A stretch of 32,000 nt of DNA, taken from assembly GCA_002966495.1 (NCBI GenBank), contig CP016490.1, positions 2,590,454 through 2,622,453 of the forward strand. Reading direction: 5' to 3'. How positions within the stretch are numbered: the first letter of the stretch is position 1; the number at the start of each line of letters is the position of its first letter. The notes below the pieces were generated by a model. The model made no database searches. It was given only the letters and a program-made list of their open reading frames with translations, and had not been told where the DNA came from. Origin of the DNA: Halomonas sp. GFAJ-1 (lineage in GTDB: Bacteria; Pseudomonadota; Gammaproteobacteria; Pseudomonadales; Halomonadaceae). A program made the translations under genes and the position numbers. Below are positions 18,006-25,689 of the stretch, in pieces.

Positions 18006-20066
18006 ATGTCGTTAAGTACGTTGTTGGAATTGGATGAGCCAAACCGCTCAGAAGCAATTCGTAAAGCTTTCGCTCCCTACACGCAGCCGCTAGAGGTTTC
18101 TGAAGATGTTAACGCTGCTATTCTGGTGTTGCTTAACTTATCGCATAAGCGTCAAGACGCTCCCGATTTGTTGAATAAAAAAAGAGCAATTGAAACACTC
18201 AAAGATTGGCAGTATATCGAAAGTTGTGCTCAAGAAGTACAGTGGCTGCACTCACATAATCTAAAGCATCCTGATACACGTGTCGCACATCAGAGATTGT
18301 TAGTAAAAGCTGAGAAGCCCTCGGACAGTATTGTTTCTTCATATAATAGCGTGAGTCGTTTGGGCTGGTCACACAACTCAGCAGCTGTGAATAAAGCAAA
18401 GCTTTTTGGAGCTAATTTTATATTTAAGGGTGTAGTTTACTGTTTGGCCGCTATTTTTTTAGATAATAACAAGCAATGGCGGAAAGAATTCATGAATCTT
18501 GGTATGTCTGATGGTCAATGGACTTACCTTCAGTCGCTTTTTGATAATTATTTCACTAAAAATTTATCACCCTCTTATGTGGAAAGGCATTCGGTGCAAG
18601 TTACCTTTCTTTATCAAGGAAAGGATGTCAGTATTACACCTGTCACATCACATTCATTACTGGCCGACATTCAAATTGCTCGGCGTAATAAATGTGGAGA
18701 TTTTGCAACAATAAAACATTGGCACTCTTCAAGTGTTGGAGATTTAGCATCCTCGCTTGGAGGTAATATCTCTGCTCTTAGTTATCCCCCTCGACTATTA
18801 GCCTGTAGCCAAAATAAAGAAAATGAAAATTCTTCTGGAGTCTTTTTTGTAGACTTCCATCACAGTTCTTTAAGAAGCAAATCGTTTATCCTGGCATGTA
18901 CTGAAATTGTTGAAAGTAAAAGCTTGTTGACCGGAAAGAAGAGGCGAGATCATAGGCGTTCTGCTATTAAGTTGCTGAGGCAGTCTTTATCTGAATGGCT
19001 ATCCCCAGTTAGCTATTGGCGAAATGTAGGAGGAGAAGCGCTTTCAGAACGGCAGAACAATTCAGCATGCCTTTTGATTTCTGCTCCTGACGAGGATTTA
19101 CTTGAAATCCTACCTGAGATTAATAAAGAATTACACAGTATTTTGGTGAGGTATCCCCAAACGCAAAGCTTTGCTTATCATCCAGAGCTATTAATTCCTT
19201 TCAAGGCTCAGCTTAAGTCCTTATTGATTGGGATGAAAATAAAAGAAGACGAAGCTATGGCTGAAGAGCCATATTATTACCTTCACTTAAAAAACCTACA
19301 TGTATTCGATGCACAGGCGTTATCTTGTCCCTATCTAGTGGGTTTGCCTTCACTGCTGGCAGTATGGGGAACCGTCTATAACTACCAGCTACGTTTACGA
19401 AGCATCCTTAAACGGAACATTGCCTTTGAAGGAGTTGCTTGGTTTTTGCGGCAGTATGAGTCCTCCTCGGGTGCCAAGATACCTGCCCCGTATCTGGCAC
19501 CAACGAAGCCAGGTGAGGCTCCCAAGCGGCCAGGTCTTATTGATATGCGCTTTTGCGATTTACGCATGGATTTAGTTATTCGCTATCGACTAGAGGATGG
19601 GCACGATACCCCGCTTGGAAATGACGAATTGCCTATGCTGCAGTCTGCACTCCCCGGGAGGTTCGCTGGGGGGACTATGCAGCCTCCGCCACTTTATGAA
19701 GCCTTACAGTGGTGCCAACTACATGGAGATGCGAACAGTTTATTGGCAGCCATATCGCTTCTGCCGGACGAGGGTCGTTGGGTTGTCGACTCAGAAAAAC
19801 AGGTGCAAAGCATCGACAGCTTGGTGGCATGGTTGTCCAAGCATCCCCATCATTTACCTGCTATGAGTGGCTATCAGTTGTTTGAAGAACCTTGCTATCG
19901 GTCTGGTTCACACAGGGAGCTCCATGCTTATGCTGAGCCTTTGGTAGGTCTAACAGAGACGTTGTCACCGGCAAGCGTCAGGCTCAATGGTAAAGCTGAC
20001 TTTCTTAAAAACGCTTTTTGGAGGTTGAAAAGCCAGAACCTTACTATGCTGATGAAAAAAGCATAG
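18006..20066 (+). CDS. cas8: Cas8f/Cas5f-fusion-like large Cascade subunit (type I-F3 'Cas8')
   Basis: Its 686-aa size and its position between tniQ and cas7 match I-F3 CAST operons. I could not verify an independent motif by eye. Confidence 0.7.
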   Translation: MSLSTLLELDEPNRSEAIRKAFAPYTQPLEVSEDVNAAILVLLNLSHKRQDAPDLLNKKRAIETLKDWQYIESCAQEVQWLHSHNLKHPDTRVAHQRLLVKAEKPSDSIVSSYNSVSRLGWSHNSAAVNKAKLFGANFIFKGVVYCLAAIFLDNNKQWRKEFMNLGMSDGQWTYLQSLFDNYFTKNLSPSYVERHSVQVTFLYQGKDVSITPVTSHSLLADIQIARRNKCGDFATIKHWHSSSVGDLASSLGGNISALSYPPRLLACSQNKENENSSGVFFVDFHHSSLRSKSFILACTEIVESKSLLTGKKRRDHRRSAIKLLRQSLSEWLSPVSYWRNVGGEALSERQNNSACLLISAPDEDLLEILPEINKELHSILVRYPQTQSFAYHPELLIPFKAQLKSLLIGMKIKEDEAMAEEPYYYLHLKNLHVFDAQALSCPYLVGLPSLLAVWGTVYNYQLRLRSILKRNIAFEGVAWFLRQYESSSGAKIPAPYLAPTKPGEAPKRPGLIDMRFCDLRMDLVIRYRLEDGHDTPLGNDELPMLQSALPGRFAGGTMQPPPLYEALQWCQLHGDANSLLAAISLLPDEGRWVVDSEKQVQSIDSLVAWLSKHPHHLPAMSGYQLFEEPCYRSGSHRELHAYAEPLVGLTETLSPASVRLNGKADFLKNAFWRLKSQNLTMLMKKA

Positions 20067-20076
20067 GCAGGTCGGC

Positions 20077-21126
20077 ATGATGAACTCTTTCAGGCATCTT
20101 AGCTATGAGCGCTCTCTCAATCCGGGTAAGGCGGTTTTTTATTACCGGACAGATTCGAGCGAATTTGAGCCGTTGCAAGCGGAAGTGACGCGGTTTCGTG
20201 GCCCCAAGGCAACGTTTAGCGATGGCTATATGGCATCCGGGACTGCGCGTGCTAAAGAAACGAGCGATTTGGGCTTTTCTAATCCTATAATGCTCGAAAC
20301 GTGTTATGTACCACCGCTAGTCGATACGTTGTATTGTCGTTTTTCTTTACGCATCATTGCAAACAGCTTAGAGCCAAATATCTGTGATAATGCAGAAGCG
20401 ACAAAAGCATTAAAAGAATTCTCTGATACTTATAGAAACTTGGGCGGATACCAAGAGCTAGCAACTCGATATGCTAAAAATATTCTTTCAGCTGAATGGC
20501 TTTGGAAAAATAAAGTTGCAAGAGGGATAGCTGTGGAGGTTTCTACGTCTAATTTAAAAAACTATTGTATTAAAGATGCACAGTATAAAGAGTGGGGATC
20601 CTCTTGGGAAGGAGATGAGCTTAAATCATTAGAAGGGCTTGCAGTTGAGTTTGAAGAGGCACTTTCTTGCCCACAAAAATTTCTTTTTGCTGATGTAGCT
20701 GCCAAAATAAAAACAGAATTTTGCCAAGAAATTTTCCCCAGTCAATTATTTGTTGAGAAAGATGATAGAGGCAACGGAAGTGCGTCTAGGCAGTTTATGA
20801 AAAGCACGATGAACGATGGTCGTCAAGCAGTTAGCTTTGGTGCTTATAAAGTCGGAGCAGCAATTCAAAAAATTGATGACTGGTGGCTAGATGAAGGGGC
20901 TGAATACCCTTTGAGAGTGAGTGAATACGGTGCAGATCGTAGTCGGGTTTTAGCTATGCGTGAACCAGTTACGAAGAAAGATTTTTACTCGCTGTTAAAC
21001 GAAATTACAAATATCACGGAGGAAATGATTAAAACCAGGCAGGCCAGCCCTAATGCACACTACGTGATGTCAGTGCTAGTGAAGGGGGGGATGTTCCAAA
21101 AAGGAATAAAGAAGGGTGAAAAATGA
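20077..21126 (+). CDS. cas7: Cas7f-like Cascade backbone subunit
   Basis: Blocks LSYERSL, ELATRYAKNILSAEWLWKNK, GAYKVGAAIQKIDDWW, KDFYSLL and VKGGMFQKG match what I recall of I-F/I-F3 Cas7. Confidence 0.8.
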   Translation: MMNSFRHLSYERSLNPGKAVFYYRTDSSEFEPLQAEVTRFRGPKATFSDGYMASGTARAKETSDLGFSNPIMLETCYVPPLVDTLYCRFSLRIIANSLEPNICDNAEATKALKEFSDTYRNLGGYQELATRYAKNILSAEWLWKNKVARGIAVEVSTSNLKNYCIKDAQYKEWGSSWEGDELKSLEGLAVEFEEALSCPQKFLFADVAAKIKTEFCQEIFPSQLFVEKDDRGNGSASRQFMKSTMNDGRQAVSFGAYKVGAAIQKIDDWWLDEGAEYPLRVSEYGADRSRVLAMREPVTKKDFYSLLNEITNITEEMIKTRQASPNAHYVMSVLVKGGMFQKGIKKGEK

Positions 21127-21731
21127 GATACTTTTTTTGCATAAAATATCTAATGCCTTCAGGCAATCACGCATTTTTAGCAGGGAGGTGTATTGCTTGC
21201 TTACATGGGTTTATAAGCGGCCCTAAAATAACGAATTCCGGCATTGGTGTTTCGTTTCCATCATGGGCTACGGGCACAGTTGGTGATTCAATCGCTTTCG
21301 TGAGTAAAGATATTAATGCTTTGTCTTATTTATCATCAGCGCGCTGTTTTAAGAATATGGCGGACGAAGGGTTTATTGACGTTAGTGATATTAAAATGGT
21401 TCCAGAGAAATTAGAAGAAGTTAGGTTTATTAGAAATCAGCATATTGCTAAATCTTTTCCGGGAGAAATTAAGAGACGGCTCATCCGCAGCAAAAACCGG
21501 GCTGAAAAACGTGGCGAGACGTTCATGCCTAGCAGTGCCGTATCAGATCGCTTCGTTGATCAATGCCACGTAATTCCAATTGATAGCCGATCGTCAGGCC
21601 AGCGCTTCCCACTGTATGTGCAGCTTGAAGCACTTGGCGAAGAAAGCAAGTATAATAACTACAATAGTTACGGGCTTGCTACACAGTATACATACTCGGG
21701 TTCGGTGCCAAACCTTAAGCAGATTACCTAA
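21123..21731 (+). CDS. cas6: Cas6f-like crRNA endoribonuclease
   Basis: ATGA overlap with the cas7 stop. Blocks GIGVSFPSW, basic RRLIRSKNRAEKRGE and C-terminal SYGL. The leader and array follow. Confidence 0.75.
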   Translation: MRYFFCIKYLMPSGNHAFLAGRCIACLHGFISGPKITNSGIGVSFPSWATGTVGDSIAFVSKDINALSYLSSARCFKNMADEGFIDVSDIKMVPEKLEEVRFIRNQHIAKSFPGEIKRRLIRSKNRAEKRGETFMPSSAVSDRFVDQCHVIPIDSRSSGQRFPLYVQLEALGEESKYNNYNSYGLATQYTYSGSVPNLKQIT

Positions 21732-21854
21732 ATATTTTCAGAATATATATTATTATACTTATCAATTACTTGCCTGAATTACGCTAAAAAGTGTGTTTTT
21801 ATCATTTTGTACTTATCTCGTTGATGTCTATATTTAAACTGCTAGCTAGGTCTA

Positions 21855-22002
21855 GTGAACCGCCGAATAGGCAGCTGAAAAAAGCACGTAGAGGAAGCAA
21901 GGGCAGAGGTGCCCGTGAACCGCCGAATAGGCAGCTGAAAAATGATTGAACGGTGCGCATATGCATCTGAGTGCGTGAACCGCCGAATAGGCAGCTGATA
22001 TT
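21855..22002 (+). CRISPR. CRISPR array: three 28-nt I-F-like repeats, two 32-nt spacers
   Basis: Repeats GTGAACCGCCGAATAGGCAGCTGAAAAA at 21855 and 21915, and a variant ...GCTGATATT at 21975. This matches the canonical I-F repeat GTTCACTGCCGTATAGGCAGCTAAGAAA at 22/28 positions. Spacers are at 21883-21914 and 21943-21974. An AT-rich leader spans 21732-21854. A possible degenerate fourth repeat lies at 22031-22057. Confidence 0.9.
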
Positions 22003-22060
22003 AGGACTGGAAGCCAGCAACGGTAATGATACACACCGCCGCAAGGCAGCAATGGTTCTA

Positions 22061-22092
22061 AACCCTCCAAGATTTCTTGGAGGGTTTTTTTT
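22061..22092 (+). terminator. rho-independent terminator after the array
   Basis: AACCCTCCAAG-attt-CTTGGAGGGTT followed by T8. Confidence 0.7.
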
Positions 22093-22230
22093 ATAGGGTC
22101 GGATAGTACCCAGTGCACATGAGGACGAGCGTATTGCCTGACATGCCATTGATTTAATGAACTCTTATAAATCAAGCGCTGCATTTCGTTAGCAGTCAAA
22201 TATTGGTCAGTCGTTGCGGGCGCACTTTCG

Positions 22231-22264
22231 TACACCTAAACTACAAATATATAGTTTAGGTGTA
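22231..22264. promoter_or_regulatory. 12-bp perfect inverted repeat, candidate operator of the AbiEi-like gene
   Basis: TACACCTAAACT-acaaatatat-AGTTTAGGTGTA, ending 5 nt before ATG 22270. Confidence 0.5.
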
Positions 22265-22269
22265 TACTT

Positions 22270-22809
22270 ATGAATCAGATGACAGCTCGGCAGCGACTGG
22301 ATGATTGGGATAAAATCGGGAGAAATATATTTACACTGAGTGACTTAGCAAAGATCTTTCATGAAGATAAACCAAAAACCCTTCAGGAAGGAATCAACCG
22401 ATTGCGTAAGCACGGGATACTCGAAGGCGTTACCCGAGGTATCTATTGCTATGCTCATTCGCGCACTCCCGACACCTATCGGCTGGAGAAAATCGCTCGT
22501 GCTATGCGCCGTGGCGAGTACAGCTACGTGTCACTGGAGTCCGCCCTTTCAGAGTATGGGGCCATCTCACAAATCCCGGTCGATCGTCTAACAATTATGA
22601 CAACGGGACGCAAAGGAACGCACCGCACCCCTTATGGAACTATTGAGTTCACTCATACGAGTAGACGCATCATTGAGCTGCTGCCGCGCATGCTTGATAT
22701 TGGGCGGCCGCTCAAGATGGCGACCCTTGATGCTGCCTGGGCAGATCTCAAACGTGTGGGGCGAAATACGTATTTAGTAGATGTAGAGGTGATTCATGGT
22801 CAGGGGTGA
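22270..22809 (+). CDS. AbiEi-like antitoxin/transcriptional regulator (wHTH N-terminal domain)
   Basis: TLSDLAKIF...LQEGINRLRKHGILEGVTRGIYCY followed by YVSLESALSEYG resembles AbiEi family antitoxins. Confidence 0.6.
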   Translation: MNQMTARQRLDDWDKIGRNIFTLSDLAKIFHEDKPKTLQEGINRLRKHGILEGVTRGIYCYAHSRTPDTYRLEKIARAMRRGEYSYVSLESALSEYGAISQIPVDRLTIMTTGRKGTHRTPYGTIEFTHTSRRIIELLPRMLDIGRPLKMATLDAAWADLKRVGRNTYLVDVEVIHGQG

Positions 22810-22967
22810 GCCTGAGGATTTTGCCAAGCTAGTTGATAATGAGCATGAACCTTACATTTGAATCGGTACGAGGCCAAACCGAGCCATTTGCAGCGTCGGT
22901 TGGCGAAAAAGCAGAAAGGCTTACCTTATCGGGAAAAGGGGGCCTATGTTTATTGCGTAAACATTGA
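22796..22967 (+). pseudogene. possible decayed AbiEii-type toxin remnant
   Basis: An ATG overlaps the AbiEi stop and gives ..EPEDFAKLVDN.. then a stop. A shifted frame gives ..LSGKGGLCLL.., similar to the FKGGT motif. The match is weak and fragmentary. Confidence 0.25.
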
Positions 22968-23160
22968 CCCCCAAAAACACATCCCTATGCCAAATTTGAA
23001 GAGAATATGAACATGGCGTGGGGCCTGATCAGCCATATAACCAGTGACCCTTTTGAGACATTCAAAGCCTGAATTCAACGAAAGGCATTGGGTATCCCAT
23101 CTTAGCGGAATGCTCAGCAGTTTTGATCCTGTGCTGCGGCCAAGAGCTGTTTATCATGAT

Positions 23161-23311
23161 GTTTTTTTATAACGTCATTTTGCTACCGAAGCAAACGATC
23201 GTTTTACTTTATGTCATTTAAAAGTGGAAAACTTATGTCATTTTGCGGTGGAATTCTTGGTGTAAGTGACTGTTTTTTCGTATTGGTTATGTCAAGTTGA
23301 AGTGGAAACGA
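23161..23311 (+). mobile_element. Tn7-like transposon end (tnsA-proximal) with terminal TGT and four direct TnsB-type repeats
   Basis: TGTTTTTTTAT terminus at 23161. Repeats are ACGTCATTTTGCTACCGAAG (23173), ATGTCATTTAAAAGTGGAAAAC (23212), ATGTCATTTTGCGGTGGAATTC (23236) and ATGTCAAGTTGAAGTGGAAACG (23290). tnsA begins 97 bp further in. Confidence 0.7.
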
Positions 23312-23407
23312 CAATTTCTTGTCGTTTTCAATACTAGTTGGCATAATTCTCAAATAACTGGCATGAGCTACCTTTTATATAATTAAACTACATAAAAGGG
23401 TGGAGCC

Positions 23408-24027
23408 ATGTACCGCCGCAAGCTCCGTCACTCCCGCGTCAAAAATCTCTATGAGTTCGCTAGTGCCAAGAACGGCAATGTCCTAACCGTCGAATCGACT
23501 TTGGAATTCGATGCCTGCTTTCACTTTGAATATTCGAATGATATTCAGTCTTTTGAAGCCCAGCCTATAGGGTTTCACTACAACTACGAAGCCAAAACCC
23601 TCCCCTATACCCCAGATTTTCGTTTAATTAATGTGTCAGGCGTTGCTACTTTCGTCGAAATCAAGCCTGCTAGCTTTTTTTAAAACCTGAAATTATGCAA
23701 CGTTTTGCCGCTAAAAGAGATGCTGCTAAAAGTCAAGGTTTCAACTTGATACTAGTGTCTGACCGCCAAATACATGTAAACCCACTTTTGTATAACCTAA
23801 AGTTACTGCATAGATATTCAGGCTTATCGCTAATCAATGATTTCCATCACTCTATTTTGAAGATAATAGAGAAATTTCGAAAAGTAAAAGTGGGTTATTT
23901 GTTAGAAAGAATATCAGCTGAAGAGGGCTCGATAATGCGTGCGATTATAAGCCTCCTTCAGTTACGCTTGGTTAAAGCAAATTTTACCATTGAAAAAATT
24001 GGCAGAAATACAACTATATGGTGCTGA
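23408..24027 (+). pseudogene. tnsA: tnsA (Tn7-type endonuclease) split by a frameshift in a T7 run
   Basis: The N-terminal fragment carries TnsA catalytic-type motifs (STLEFD, YTPDF, VEIKP). The C-terminal fragment is in another frame. Adding one T at 23675-23681 fuses them (..ASFFLKPEIMQRF..). No tnsB follows. Confidence 0.7.
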
Positions 24028-24030
24028 TGA

Positions 24031-24951
24031 CTTCGTAAAGTGTCATGGTTGCAGTCACCTCGCCAAGATGAGCTCATTGTTCGCATAGAAACTAGCCGTC
24101 TATTGAGTGAAATAGATATTCGACTAATCGAGCTTTTTTGTTGAATATTGCGGTAGGCTTCGATAATGCTCAGTTGTTTGAGAAAACAGAGTTCCTTGCT
24201 TACCATGATCCTTTAACATGTTTACCTAATCGGCGATCTCTGCTTGAAACAATGGAGCGTTTGATTAAACGTGACACGGCTTTTTCAGTCTTAATAATAG
24301 ATATTGATAATTTTCAGTCTATCAACGATGGCTTAGGTTATCGGATAGGTGATGCGTTACTTAAAAAGGTAGCCGCCTTGTTTCGACATCACTTTGACTC
24401 AGCGGTGCTACTGTCGAGAGCAGCAAAAATGGCTGAAGGCGACGGGCAATGCGTTGACCGTTGCTGTGAATGTGTCGGTTCGCCAGCTTTCTGGGTCGCA
24501 CTTTCTTACCACGGTAGATAATGTGCTGCGAACAACAGGTATCAGTCCCCAGCATTTAGAGTTAGAAATCACAGAAAGCATGATGATAGAAGATGCCCAG
24601 CATATCCATCAGCTGATTGCACAGATCCGCACCCGAGGTATTAAAGTAGCGTTGGATGACTTTGGGACAGGCTACTCATCATTAAGCTCTTTGCAGCAGC
24701 TACCCATAGATAAATTGAAAATTGATCGCTCGTTTGTCTTCGGTGTGGATAGTAAAGAAGAAGATCGCTTGCTCGTCGAAATGATTATTAACCTAGGCAA
24801 ACTGTTGGGCTATACCGTTATTGCGGAAGGTGTTGAAACAATTGAACAACAGCATGTTTTACAGTCTCTAGGGTGCGATATGGTGCAAGGCTATTACTAC
24901 TCTCGGCCTTTAGGAGGCGATGCGTGGCAGGCGTATTTGCTTGCGCATTAG
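24031..24951 (+). pseudogene. decayed GAF?-GGDEF-EAL signalling gene (N-terminally truncated, frameshifted, internal deletion)
   Basis: The GGDEF start is present (AYHDPLTCLPNRR..IIDIDNFQSINDGLGYRIGD) but the GGDEF motif itself is missing. The sequence jumps into mid-EAL (VAVNVSVRQL, ELEITES, DDFGTGYSS, KIDRSF, EGVE). There is a frameshift at the T6 run 24134-24139. Confidence 0.7.
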
Positions 24952-25066
24952 CACTATGGCCGTGTGAACCTGTTGTCGCAATGTGACAGTAGCTGCCACA
25001 GAGGCTTGCCACTTCGCGCTTGCGCGCTGCAACATCAGCAGAGGTGGCGCGGCGTTGGGCTAGCCG

Positions 25067-25537
25067 CTAGCGTTGCTTTTTTATGAGCGCTTGCATAATG
25101 GCAAGTGTTTCATCGCTGACATGGTGTTCCATGCCCTCTGCGTCAATGCGTGCCGTGCTGTCGGTGACGCCTAACGCGCGTAAAAAATGTAGCACAATAT
25201 CATGCCGTGTCCGTGATGTTTTCGCCATCTGTTCGCCTGTTTCAGTAAGAAACAGAGAGCGATAGGGTTTGTTGGTCACTAGGCCCAGGTCATTCAAACG
25301 CCGAATCATCTTAGACACCGTGGCTTGGCTAACCGCCATGCGCGTAGCGATATCTGCTGCTCTTGCCTCTCCCCGATGCTTTATTAGGTCACCAATAAGT
25401 TCAACATAGTCCTCGATCAGTTCTGTCTCATGTGCATTGCGCACTGCTTCATATTGCCGGGCGTGCTGCTCCACTGGAGGGAGTGCATCGCCGCTAAGAT
25501 CTGCGGAAGGGGGGTGTCGTTGTGTGTGATCACTCAT
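25067..25537 (-). CDS. DtxR/MntR-family metal-dependent transcriptional regulator
   Basis: LIEDYVELIGDLI..GEARAADIATRMAVSQATVSKMIRRL..GLV...YRSLFLTETG. Divergent from a metal ABC operon. Confidence 0.8.
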   Translation of the reverse strand: MSDHTQRHPPSADLSGDALPPVEQHARQYEAVRNAHETELIEDYVELIGDLIKHRGEARAADIATRMAVSQATVSKMIRRLNDLGLVTNKPYRSLFLTETGEQMAKTSRTRHDIVLHFLRALGVTDSTARIDAEGMEHHVSDETLAIMQALIKKQR

Positions 25538-25604
25538 TGAAAAATACTATTAAGGTTAATGGAAACGTTAATTGGTGATGGTAGCGTATTTTTGAGGATA
25601 ATTG

Positions 25605-25618
25605 TTAGCCAAGGCTAA
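25605..25618. promoter_or_regulatory. palindrome TTAGCC-aa-GGCTAA, candidate DtxR/MntR operator
   Basis: Perfect 6-2-6 inverted repeat in the divergent intergenic region between the regulator and the ABC operon. Confidence 0.4.
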
Positions 25619-25689
25619 ACTGTTTGCATAAAGCTTTTTTAATGCGCTACAGTAATTAACATCGAATACTATCACAATGGAGAAAGCCG

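Noticed and set aside
22003-22034. Putative third spacer matching SRP RNA (ffs), pglZ (agccagcaac at 186-195) or 29313-29321 (gtaatgata)
   Set aside because: The matches are only 9-10 nt, at chance level for a 32-kb window read on both strands. The resemblance to the conserved GGAAG..AGCA SRP motif needs gaps and is not convincing.
21802-22235. Two long minus-strand ORFs (115 and 127 aa) with internally repeated peptides (FSCLFGGS, FSAAYSAVH)
   Set aside because: They are read-through artefacts of the CRISPR repeats. The periodic peptide repeats simply mirror the 60-bp repeat-spacer period.
24964-24995. GTGAACC...AGCTG downstream of the EAL gene as a stray CRISPR repeat
   Set aside because: Only the first 7 nt and a displaced AGCTG match. 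The spacing is wrong and no hairpin core is present.
25601-25620. GTTAGCC-aa-GGCTAA palindrome as an integron core or attC
   Set aside because: It sits in the divergent promoter region between a DtxR/MntR-type regulator and its metal ABC operon. An operator is the simpler explanation.
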